The position numbers were made by a program, and so were the translations under genes. A DNA stretch of 64,000 bases from Phoronis australis (Eukaryota > Animalia > Phoronida). Of this stretch, positions 13,010 to 25,300 are shown in pieces. Under the pieces are notes generated by a model that had not been told where the DNA came from, made no database searches, and saw nothing but the letters and a program-made list of their open reading frames with translations. The number at the start of each line of letters is the position of its first letter. Within the stretch, counting starts at the first letter, position 1. The stretch covers positions 2,423 through 66,422 of the forward strand of contig NMRA01001035.1 in the NCBI GenBank assembly GCA_002633005.1, given 5' to 3'.

Positions 13010-15254
13010 GCTATCGAACAACAAATGCATTGTGATTTTATTACAAATCGTAATTTTTCGTCGTTGTATGCTAACCGTTGGGTGAATTCAAGGCCGCTTA
13101 TCAGATAATTACATTAAAAATACTCTTCGGTTGATCGAGTGGGGCTTAGCTTCGTCACCAAGCCGTGGACGGTGGGAGCTAAGGTTAAGGGTGAGGTCCC
13201 ATACTGGAGTTCCTCTCCGAAGATCACACTCACCAATGATGTCACTTAAACACAGTGACATTGAATATTACTGAAAATTGCCAGTTGTACATGTTGCCAA
13301 ATATCTACAAAACTACATAATTTAACTCAGCAAAAGTATATGGTGTATTAGTGGCGGATCTAGGATACCTTAAGGGGGGCAACATGTTGCCTTGGTGAAT
13401 TGGACAAGCGCGACTGTACATGTATGTGCAACACAGGTGGAACGTTGCGGCGGCCGGTATGATTAGGAAATCTATCGGTGGACTAAAAAGAAAACAAGAA
13501 CAAAAAAAAAACAATTGTGTTCCGCCACGATCTGGGGTCTGAGCTCCACCCTTTTCCAGTACCGATCCCAGTTACTGAACTTAATATTTCCTCACGCTTC
13601 ACGCGGCTGCTGTTTCATTTTGCTTGCCACAGCCTGTGTATAGAAGAATTTCTTTAGAATTTCTTTCTGTTGACTTCACACCAATGTGCCATTACTTAGA
13701 CAACGTGACCTTGCTTTATACGAAAAATTAGAAAAAAAGCTGTATTCATAGTAAACCAAAGGAATCAACAACATGGCAAAATTTGGTATGATCTAAATAT
13801 CCAAGATGAAATGTCAAAAACGCTCTTACAGTTTTCTAAATGATCGTCTCATTTTCGTTTTATGCAATTTTGTTCTTTCCATAAATTCATACTGATAGCA
13901 TCACACGCGAAATGGAGCATTTAAAATGCGTTTTGGAGAACAGTGTGTAAAGTATAGTATCCGAAAGTTTCATAGGCTTACGATAAACCAATTCTGAGAT
14001 ATGATGTTCCGGAAGTTGGCTAAAATTGGAGATTTTTCGCGACAAGCGTGACTACACAACCTGAACTGAAATCGTAGGGCGAGAAGTTTTCTATTATTTG
14101 ATGATGGCAAAGTTCGAATACGTGCTATTCAGGGACAAAAATGGAGAGAGTACGTACAAATTATTTATCGCACATATAAAATTATGCCGACATAAGCACA
14201 TCACCCCCGCTGGGGGTTTCGATTAACTGAACGGTGTCAAACTGTGTCAGCAAATAACAGTCGGACGTCAAGCTGCTAAGGAGACGTAGTGAAATTTAAT
14301 TTCATTTGCTCATTTTTGATAAAACAGTTTAATAAATTGTGCGACGGCGATGAAAAATCTTATACTGTGACTTCCTCAACACTCATCTTTTTCAAAGCAT
14401 TATAATATAATCCACGTTATTTTAAAAACACAACGTAGCTGTTCTATTTTCATTAAGTCATTGCGATGCTTTTAACTGAATTTGTTGATCATTAAAATCT
14501 ATCCAACGTTGCTCTTTTGAAAATTACATTGTCGGGGTTGCTTCTTGGTCTCTAGATGAAAGAAACACGAATTGCATAGCCAAGAAACTAGTCCACGAAT
14601 ACAAGTTACTATGACTGGACATCCCTTGACTAAGCGTATACATCAGGACGAGAACTCAACGACGTGCCAAATTTAGAAGGCTATATCGGCCGTCGGGGTG
14701 GGCCGTAGGAAGCTTACATAACCTCTTCCTTACGGTCAATTTTCACGGGACAGATTTTCTTTGATATTACGATCTACTTTAATTTATGAAAGGTTAAAAT
14801 ACTTAAACGAAAATTGACTTTTAGATATCAGACAAAAGTCCAAGTCGGTGAATCGGACATGGGATAGACCATATGTGATTCTATGAAGTCGTCAACACGT
14901 ACCCAATTCTTATTTTTTCAATTCAGTAAAATTTAACGTTATTGAAAATTGGGACTACCATTCCACTACCTACTATTGTTGAAGGTTTGAACAGAAATGC
15001 TACTGAAACTGACAATTGTCATTACTTAATTTCATGATGCAATAACAAACACTTCAAAGGTGTAATTGGAGAGCCATTTTTCTTTCTGGCAAAATTCAAT
15101 AAACACGAGACCCACTGATTTGATTTCATGTCTTTTATACCTTAATATAGTGACAGGTGGTTATTTGAGAATAGCCCCAGTGAGAATTCGAACGCGGAAT
15201 CGTCGAGGTCGGACAAACGTTCTGCGTCCACTCCAGAAAGTGAGGTGGTTTTAA

Positions 15255-15793
15255 AGAGGCCTTGAACGCGATAAACAGACTGGATTGCAATATTGAAAGT
15301 GGTTCTCTGCCAGTGAAAGATAATTCAACCTGCTTGCCGGGTATTTTTAGGGTTTGTTGAATATAAAAATTTTTAATTTCTGTTGATACAAAGCATTTTC
15401 TTTTAGTTTCAAATTTCAAAAAAGAAGGTCTCTCAACTGCTAGCTACTTCGTCGATTTTTCTTCCGCAAGGCAAAACACGTCTCCTTATTTGGTATGGCA
15501 AGACATAGACGTAGCACATTTCCCTTATATGGAAAATGTGACCTTTGATATTAAGCGACTTCAAGCAATTACGAGTGCATACGCTCATTTATCATAAGTG
15601 GGAGGAAGGTTAAAAACTCCGTGGTAGAAGTTTTTCCAGCGTGCGTACTTAAAAATGGTGAATTTAGTGATTTTTTCTGGAAATTTACTCACAAGGGAAC
15701 GTACATTTCTCTGTGCTTAACGTTGCGAGATGGTGCTTTCGTCAGGAATTGTTCAAAAGATATTTTTGACGCACTTTCACGTTCCATGCCTCT
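15255..15793. mobile_element. Kolobok-like non-autonomous element
   Basis: TTAA at 15251-15254 and 15794-15797. Imperfect TIRs AGAGGCCTTGAACGCGA / TCACGTTCCATGCCTCT with 5'-RR termini. Confidence 0.6.
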
Positions 15794-16950
15794 TTAAGAG
15801 TATTGAACAGTCACTGGCCTCATCTGTTAAATAGGCTTAAAACTTTCATATTAAGCTTATTTAACAGATAAAGAGGGTGACCTTAATTTATTCAGCACAC
15901 GTATTTACATTTTCGATTCACTGATAGACCACCCAAAAACCTTAAATCAATGGCACTTCGTTAACACTGACAGGAGATATTAAAATTGACAAAATCAAAC
16001 TATCAGCCAAACCAATGTCTCGTTCAATTAGACAGGAAGTGACTCGTGTAGTTGATTTGACTGGTCGAGATCAGCATCTTCAAATACTAAACTATGTATC
16101 GATTTACTGCAATGTTGATTTGACTGTATTTGAAAAGTAAATGCCGTTGTTTAAAAATTCGATTAAAGCGCCGATATTAAGTATAAAAACCCCCGGCCCT
16201 TGTACTCCCCAGTCTTCATGCTGCATCCCAGTAGGTACTCTCCTTGATCGATGTTCCTTTGGCATGGATGGGTGGGTGCCACAAGGATCCGATGTTCCGC
16301 AGGCTTGACATTCAATCTGCTTGACCACCCTGGAAGGCCTCATGTAATAATGCCAAGATGCAACACAAATTTTTGATAATATATAAACCCCCAGTCATTT
16401 TCCAATTATATCATTGATTGTGTACTCTCCAAGTTCCATTATTGCAGTAATGCAACACTGTGATGGACCTCTGTTGAGAAATGAGCAAACTATTTGAATT
16501 AGAAATTCAAGGTGTCTGCCCCCATGTTGTAAACTGTCCAGTGAGCAAAAGGCAAAGACATTCTCTACACAGCCCAGGTAAATTTATTATTTCAATGTAA
16601 TGGATTCGAACCATTAAATAACATATTATCTACTGGTGTAAACTTTATGTTGAATGTTTTGTCATCTAGGTTTGCTTGTCCTGAATAGCCATGTTGCCTA
16701 ATTGCAATACAGGGCTTTCTCATCACCATGCCAACAGACTTGTTTAGTCTAAACTTTTTAAACAAAAGTGCAGTAATTTGTTTGTCTCTTTTGAGCAGTA
16801 TATTAATTCTTATAAACAGTATGTATGTGAGTTTGACTAGATGAATTTTACTTTTTGTGAGAATAAAATAAACATTTGGCTTTTTGTGTTACTGGGTAGT
16901 TCATCAGTTGCCTCTTTAGTGTCATTTCAACATCACGATTCTACAGGTTC

Positions 16951-17640
16951 TTAACCAGCGACTTTATGAGCTTATGTAATCGTTTATAACTCGCTATTTC
17001 TCAAGATTTTTTCCTTTGAAACACGCGTAATGTAGCGCCAAAATTGAATGGACAAATCGATTTCCCGATTAATTTTCAGATTCATAACGACAAGGAATAC
17101 CGTCTAGTTGGGTGATGTGTTACATTTGTTAGATGGAGGTGAGAATGACTTAGAGGGCGTGGTTAGTGTGATGATGATGATGATGATGATGATGATGACG
17201 ACGACTTCGTTCCCCAGCAACTTGGTGACGATAATGAAAGGCCTGACAGTGACGATGAACCACTATACGAGTCAATCGTGTCCATCGGTGCAGTCTCAAA
17301 AGTGAAAGAGAAATGACAAAACAAGGAAGAGGTCCATTTGAAGAAAAAGTCGAGGTCGACGAAAACATCTGTGTATGAGAACAAGCCAGTAACAGCCATT
17401 CAATTCATCTTGTGTTGGTTCTAATATTACCAGTCCAACTGTTAATGTTAGAAGATGGGACAAGAGCTCAAAGGCCCATATCCAAATTCCAAGGCCATTT
17501 TGTGTGCAGCCAGTACAATAAGTTTATGGGTGATGTCGACCTGCTGGAACATGCTGTTGATACTGTTATTTTGGTTTAATACAACTAATAACAAGATCAT
17601 ATGGTCAACCCAAGACGACAGAAACACCCAAAATTGAATT
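16951..17640 (+). mobile_element. Degenerate, internally deleted piggyBac transposase relic
   Basis: Acidic N-terminus (DVLHLLDGGENDLE..DDDDDFVP..SDDEPL, including a (GAT)n run) and core motif VRRWDKSSKAHIQIPRP..QYNKFMGDVDLL with frameshifts. Confidence 0.6.
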
Positions 17641-18742
17641 ACACACAAATACATAAATGCTTTTTCTGAGTTTTAACTCAGTAAGGTTTTAAAAAACCTT
17701 ACAGTTTTTTCAGACTTGACCAAAATGCACCATAACTAGTTGCTGAACTTAGTTCCAAACAAGCGTTACTTCTAGCTGGTATGATCAGATGACGCTGAGT
17801 AACAGAAAGTGGATGTCAAAGAAGGATCTCGACCCATATTAACTGGTAATAAGTAAGTGTGACCTGTCCGTTTCCACAAATGACAGATGATCTTACATAC
17901 AGTATACCACATAAATTGCAGGCACGACACCTGTCATCGCCTGGGGGAGCCACAGTCGCACTCCCTGGACAGGCGAGCACGCAGCTGGTATCCCTGCAAC
18001 ATGCTGTGATTAGCGGAAACCTCACCCATCGTTAAGCCTTTCCTGACCTTTGAATGAATCTTAATTTGCGTTGAAGAGTGTTTGTTGCGAAATAATTTAA
18101 TGACATCTTGGAAACCTAAAAATTACTCGCTGAATGAAAATAAAAAATGACGACTTGGCATCGGCGTAGGCCTATTTATCGAAGAAGTGGGGGGGGGGGG
18201 NTCAATGGGGGGAAATCTGGGATAAAATATAGAACACGGCGGTATCGGGGAGGAAAGAGTTGGCGACTGGGGAGTACGCGAATTTCGGACGAAGTAGTGG
18301 GTGAAATTTATGGAGGACTGGGGGTTGGGCGCGGTATCTATTGCTGAAAACCGAAAGGTGAAATTGGTAACGACCGAAGGCGGGGAAGGCGTGAAAGGCG
18401 TGAAATCCGCGTATTTTAGGCGATAATGTAACACCAGACGTCCCCCGGAAAGTTAAGTCCAGGTACAGCTCTGCGAATTATCTCGGTGACCTGAACGCAT
18501 TGTCTGTTTTGTCAGCAACAGTGGGTACAGAGGTAGCGATAGCCATCAAATTGAAACACACTGTTACAATAACACGAAGATTATTTTTCTAAATGCGTAA
18601 AGCATCAGATAAAAGATCCATGACCTAATCCTTTGTCATATGACACCACTTTAAATAACGGACGCATCGGGTCAAGCAATATGTATGATGTTGCCGAGGG
18701 TGACAATGCTAGTTTTTAGCACGTTCGTAAGTAAATTTTACA

Positions 18743-20311
18743 ATGCTAGAAGTTAAACAAATAGCAGAAGACGAGGAGAATCGACATGAGAGCCGAGGTC
18801 TAGGCAAGGCGATCACTGGACTACTAGTTATTGGAACATGTGTCATCTTGGAGCGCATAGCCTTCTATAACACGTCGCAGTTCGTAGTTCACGAGCGCGA
18901 CGCTTCGGAGGATAAATCCAACATTACCGTGTACGTGTTTAACGGCTGTTATTATATGCTGCCAATACTTGGGGGTTTATTGGCCGACGTGGTGGGCAGG
19001 AACAGGACTATTCTGATTGGATTGTTCTTCTACAACGTGGGCCTGGTGCTGGTGTCAGTGGACTGTCCCGCACTAAACAGACAGCTGCCAACCGACCAAA
19101 GATACTGCACCTGGGACCCAGAGGGCATTATCTTGTTCACCCTACCCCTAGTCGGATTAGGCACCGGCTTCATTAAAGTAAACTTGGTGACGCTTTTTCT
19201 CAAGCAAGGCGCCGCCGTGCAGGAAAAACTGCCGGAACAGAACATATTCGCACCCCACATGTCGGTAGAGAACTGGGTCGCTTTGAACTGCTTCTGCATT
19301 AGTTTAGGGGAGATAGCCGCGTGGCTATTAGGGGATGTATTGCAGATATTCACACCAATCATTCCAGCCGCAATCATAGCAGCGGTTACATTAGCGTTCG
19401 TGACATCTTTAAAATGTAAAATAATTCAACCAGAAGAAGTGCCCCAAAGACAAGTAGTACAACACGACGACTTCAATCCCAACGCCACGTTTCACTTGAC
19501 GGAGCACATTGCTTTGCAACAGAGACAACGTAGGACATGTTTCCGTAAGCGAATGCTCTCCACATTGCCCTGCCTGGGTATGTTTGTAGTATTCTGGATG
19601 GGCTCTACCCAGGTACTTATGCAGACGTCCCGCCAGATGGACCCCAACGCAGTCGATCGTATTACGGTAATGAACGGCGGCGTGACGGCAGTAAATAACG
19701 CAGTCACTTCCATATGTCTTCTGTGCCTGTATACATTTCTTCGAGCAAAATTCAGATTTGAGTCACCGTTAACAAAATTAGGCATTGGAATATTGCTTGG
19801 GGTTTTAGCACACGTTTTAATGGGACTGACCGACTCATTGGAAAAATACTATCATTATCACATACTGAAAGTCTCTTGGGCTGTGCCCCAATATATTCTC
19901 ATTGGGGTATCCGAGACTGTAGCTACCATATCGGGAATCGCACTATTCCTCCAGATGGCGCCAAAGAACTTCGACAACCTCACTGTCGGGATGTTTCTTT
20001 CCACCGTAGGATTTGGGTTGTTATTCGGCGGGGTTGCACAGGCAATAGGTGAGCCGACAGTGCGCAGCGCCGAGCCAGATTTTGGCCATTTGGACTACTA
20101 TGCCTACGCCATGTCGGGTATCGCACTGGCCAACTTCGTGATATTTTGGATTTACTCGGTGCATTTTTTCAAACCTCCATCAGACGACTTCGAGGAGACA
20201 AACGATGACATAGCAAGACCTGTCTGCCAACAGTCCGGGACCAGGAGATATGGCGCCACCCGCAGCACACAATGCACTGTGCAACATTTAAAGCATCCGG
20301 AAAGTATATAG
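18743..20311 (+). CDS. SLC15/POT (PTR2) family oligopeptide transporter-like MFS protein, intronless, paralogue 2
   Basis: 522-aa ORF colinear with paralogue 1: ILERIAFY, MLPILGGLLADVVG, GFIKVN, FWMGSTQ, PQYILIGVSETVATISG, MAPK, GMFLSTVGFG and LDYYAYAMS. Confidence 0.88.
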   Translation: MLEVKQIAEDEENRHESRGLGKAITGLLVIGTCVILERIAFYNTSQFVVHERDASEDKSNITVYVFNGCYYMLPILGGLLADVVGRNRTILIGLFFYNVGLVLVSVDCPALNRQLPTDQRYCTWDPEGIILFTLPLVGLGTGFIKVNLVTLFLKQGAAVQEKLPEQNIFAPHMSVENWVALNCFCISLGEIAAWLLGDVLQIFTPIIPAAIIAAVTLAFVTSLKCKIIQPEEVPQRQVVQHDDFNPNATFHLTEHIALQQRQRRTCFRKRMLSTLPCLGMFVVFWMGSTQVLMQTSRQMDPNAVDRITVMNGGVTAVNNAVTSICLLCLYTFLRAKFRFESPLTKLGIGILLGVLAHVLMGLTDSLEKYYHYHILKVSWAVPQYILIGVSETVATISGIALFLQMAPKNFDNLTVGMFLSTVGFGLLFGGVAQAIGEPTVRSAEPDFGHLDYYAYAMSGIALANFVIFWIYSVHFFKPPSDDFEETNDDIARPVCQQSGTRRYGATRSTQCTVQHLKHPESI

Positions 20312-22344
20312 GGCAAAGTATTGCAGAATGCTAAAATTGAGGAGCTTGCAATGGACTTCTACAACCTATAGCAACAGGGACAGTAATGTGCGCCAACTGC
20401 TTGTCAGCAGCTATGGGTAACACTTACCATATGTTCCAGAATCACTTAGGTAGGACTGGTATAGTTGCTTGCCATCACCAAGAACTGTTTTTATCTTTAG
20501 TTTCAGTCTTCATTCACAAAGGACCATTGTGACTGACCAAAACGATTCAACAAAGCCCTGTCTCACACACTACCAGTGCTGCCTTATCCCTTTTCTAGCG
20601 TACTCACATTCAAACCCAAACCCTTCATGCGCGACCATGGCTGAACTCTGGTAACTCATAGCAGCTAAGCAATTGATGCTGCAAACCTTGCCATTCCTTT
20701 GGGTTAGTATCATTCATTCACTGGCACTTTTTAACAAGTGTAGCTATCCCTACTGCAAAATTGCCTTCCCTTAAAGAAATACAGTTTTGATTTAAACCTC
20801 CCCTGCGCTACTGAACTGGTCTCAACTTGCTCTTTCTCAGAGGAGAAATTATTCCTTCTGGGTTTGGAATAGTAACAAAAACCGAATTCCATGAAGATCC
20901 ATCGAGGAACTTGGTGGACATTAAGGCACACAATTAAAAAAACTTGCAACTAGGGGGCATCACAGTAGTGAAGTCCATCTGGAAATAAACCTCATATGTG
21001 CTATTTATAATAGGACATTCAACCCATCTGCCAAGTTTAGTTACAATCCTTGGAGTTCTTTGGCGGATAGTGAGGCAGTAATGAAAATGGCTAGTACGTG
21101 GACCAGAACATGTCAAATGCTTCCAAAACTGGGCAGATGGTGAGATGAAGCATATTTGCCAAATTCCATAAAAATACACCAAGGAACTTGGTAGGTAAAC
21201 ACAGAGGCAAAGCTGAAAACCTAAACAAGGTTGGGACACAATGGAAGTTGACTCCATCCGAAAGTCGACATCCCTCATCCACCTCACAGGAAACACAATC
21301 GGAAAATTCCCCGAATATCCCACAAAGGGTTTATGAGATGCAGAAGCAGGTGCTGGATACAGATGATGCAATATGCACCCACCTATGTATAACTGTCATT
21401 TTTTGACACTAAACATGCTTATTACTAGGACTATCCTATGTTTTTGAGATAACGAAACAACCCTTTTCAAAAGACTGTTTATTAAAGACACTGTGTAGCA
21501 CATTACTCAACTTTACCCATTTTGGCGTCACAGAAAAGCTTCTTCAATTTAGAACACCACTACAATAAATAAGTCTGGAAGATTTGTTTTCAATGTTCAA
21601 TTGCCAAAGGTCTCATTTTACAGCTGACATCTGAGTACAAGGTGATATTCTGTGCACCTTTAACAATACAGTGAGCTCCCATTTGAGCAAGCTTTGCAAT
21701 AATTCTCTCTCAGTCATCCAAATACCCTTTACCAACATACAGTAGAGGACAAAAGTAATTAGACAAAATACCATTTCCCCATCAAGACGGCTAAGTCTGT
21801 TAACAGCAAAAATGATAGCTAATAACAATTCAAGTGACAAAATTCTAATTACCAAATGACTTATCCACCTCACTGACTGTCCTGTTTGTCCCCTTCATTA
21901 TTGGTCATGAGAGAGGACTAACTCTGATGATGAATTGACTTCTGCCCAGCTGTCATGATGGAGAATTCCGAGTCATTTTGTCTAAATACTTTTGGCTGGT
22001 GCTGTATCAGTGACATAATGAAATGCACCTGTCACTCGATGGCTATAAAGTAGTAGATGTACAGTGATCAGCACCATCTACAGTTTGTCTTGGATGGTAG
22101 TTTAATGCAGTGGAATCTCCCGCTTTTTTCATCACAGTCACTTGATCATCATCCTGTTAAATTGCCAGGCACGAGGTGCGTTATTCTCAGAGATCACAAA
22201 AGAATGCTTATCGCCTCAAAATGTCCATGAATGAGTGATTTACTGCATGATTTGGCGGCAAATTTCTAAATTTACTCGAAGCGTACCATCTGAATGCACC
22301 CTGAGTTACTACTCTTAACAATAAAAACTACTAAGTCATGGGGG

Positions 22345-25300
22345 TCAAAGGTCAGCACCATGCAGATACATAGCTAAGAATTTTCTAAACACGTCCGGGT
22401 TGTAATCTTCATACTTGGTGTCTCGCAGCATGGACCTTTTTGGCTCCAGCTTGTGAAACATGTGGTTGTCACTGTCCAACCAGAAGATGTTCTTGATGCC
22501 CTCCTCACTGGCAAAGTCGAGAGTGTTCAGTTGGAAGCAGACAAAGTTGAAGTTGCGACCGTTGGTGTGCACACACTGGACGCTGATAGGCTCTGGCAGT
22601 TGAGATCCCACCTCCTAGCGACACGAGAGACACGTGAATAAGTGAGAACCAATCAACAACATTGTAGGCAGAGGAAAACTGTTTAAGAAACATTACTGTA
22701 TGCACTGAGTTCATAACATACCAATATATTCCAAGTAATAGTACATGTTGAACCACAACACAAAAAGTTGTGGCTAAGTCACTGCCAAAACAACTGGCAC
22801 GCCAAATTGTAAGTTGTAAAATAGCAATACATCGAAGGTTAGGTCTTTCACAGAAGGGGGTAGGCATTCACAGCAGCTTCAATAGGAAAAATATGCAATC
22901 CCCCCTCCCCTTCGACTCAACATACCCCAAACTTGTTGCGCGCCATAAGTACACCCTGTCCCAGACAGTACATCATGGCCCGGGCATTAAGCTGACTCGT
23001 CGTCCAGTCCTTCTCCAGGTTGGCTATGTACAATGTGTGCGGTGTCAGGAGGCTTCGTCCGTGTTTCCACCCTACATAACAATGACTATTAGCTCTTTCT
23101 GCAACTTACTACCAAAATGATGACACAGATCAATTCTTAAGGTTATCTCAAACCGTATTTAGTGGCCTCCGTTCTAACTAGTATATCAAAAATCTAAGCT
23201 TTGTCAACTGGTAAAACTGTATACTTTCTGAAAGAAAAAAGATCAGGGAATATAAAATAATTTTTGTATTTATGTACCATTATTACCATTACGTAAATAC
23301 CTTTTCTAAGCCAAGGTAGAAAGGTACATTCATAGCAAATAACCCCTCAGTCGCTTTTAATGAAACCTTTTTTAAATGAAAACTTCACCAGTTACATCAA
23401 AATGATGCTAGGAATTTTCGATTTAGTGTTTTCGTTAGATTTCTATGACAAATCAACTCGCAAAGCATAAAGTATTTTTGTCTTTGTTACATTATGCAAA
23501 AACTAGGTCTTTATATTGAAAATCCAAACAGTTTTTTTAGAGTGATGACTAAATATTAAATTTGGAAAGTTTCAGCGAAATCCACCAAACCGTTTTTGAG
23601 AACTCGTGTTCCTAAGTTCAAATGAAGTCGATTTGCCGAAGCTGAGAAAAAGCCGATTAAGCTGGGATGAGTAAAAATCTCATAGTCTTCGGTTAATTAT
23701 TTAGTGAAAACTTGTTTTCGATAAACGTAACCTATACATGCCTTAACTATGTTAGCTATTTCAACATCCATCGGCAATGTCAACTGAATTTGCAGTGCAT
23801 AGTTAACTTAATTATCATTAAAACACTGTTCCCAGCTTGATTAGGCATAGGTGTTACTCTTGTTCATTGTTCACAGTTTATTGTTATACACTTTGTCTGT
23901 CACTACACGTCACATGCCAGGAGACTGATAGAAAACCAAGTAAGAAATGGATAACAAAAATCGAATCGGTGGTTAAAGAATGTTGATAGCATGAGATTGA
24001 AACATCGAAATGTCAATTCATTAATTGACTTAAAGAATTTGGTTGAAGATTTATCTCTTTTCACAACTTGCTGTGTTCATGACTACAGAGGTAGAATTCG
24101 TTCTCAATGCCAATGGTTGTATGAACTGTAGACGCACAACTCCCTCAGGGTCAAAACAGTACATTTAGTCTTTGTTTCCCTGGCACTATTCTATCATAAG
24201 TACGCCTCGATGGCTCAATGTTACAGCGACTTGGTGAACGAAAGGACTGAGGGTATACGAAGCTGCACTGTATCTGGCAGAAGATTCGATTTGAGTGACA
24301 GCCCTTTAACCTTTGACCTCAGATAAGTAGTAAACAAATATCCAAGCGGTTGTGCTGTTCCAACGTGATTCTGCTAAACTTTTTTTTTCGTACTACGCGA
24401 TTTACATTTAGTATTTGAAGTTCCCCGAGAATAACGATAAGGTATTTTGCAAGACACATGTGAAATATTGTAAAATGGTCAATTTTTGTGAATAAGGTTT
24501 GAGATATCCTTAAATGACTCTCTCAATAGCAAAACTCCACAGAGTGTGATTAATGTAAGGCCTTATACATGGTTTCTATAAAATTTCAGCAACACTTGAT
24601 GACACATTCATGAACAACAACAATTGAATAACACTTTTTCATCACTTGAAAGGAAACAAGATCCGAATACCACCTCAGCAGGCATCTAAAGAAAGCCCGC
24701 TCTCAACAGCATTCAGACAAAAATATTTTTCCTATACCTGTCACAAAGTCGGAGACATAGATGTTCTTCTTGACCAGATCTATGGTCGGTAGGAGAGGGA
24801 ATATGTCCGGTAGCTTGTACACGCTTGTAGCGTCCACATCACTAGTACTGGCCATAGGGGGCAGAGGTCTGGCGGTGGACAGAAGGTACTTGAACTGACC
24901 ATTCACATTCACCATCTTGTTGCCTGCACAAAGGGGAGTCTTAGCATCACTGGTTTAGGATGTACCAGTTTCAAGTCATATAGATTGCATTCACATACCA
25001 ACTTAATTTAGCAACGTCAAATTTCCGCAGCACTTATCAGGGGTGCATTGCAAAAAGAATGTAAAAAAGGTCATCAGCTCGCATCCTTAAGAACATCGGC
25101 AAAATGCCAGCCACTGAAGTGATTAGTCAGCGAGGTTGGAATGCAAGAACTGTACATGCAAACAAACACCCGATTTCCGTTACACAAACCAACACTTCTC
25201 GCAGCAAATGCAGGACAAGAGACTTGCAATACAGGGTGCACCCATGTTGCCCCTATCAGATCCATACTGGCTGGCTTCCAAAAAAATTATTTTCAGCGCA

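Noticed and set aside
17150-17399. Poly-His, poly-Ser and poly-Met ORFs
   Set aside because: Alternative readings of a (GAT)n run encoding the acidic tract of a piggyBac relic.
18120-18450. G-rich segment suggesting a G-quadruplex or GC island
   Set aside because: Contains an N and homopolymer runs typical of low-quality read ends at a contig join.
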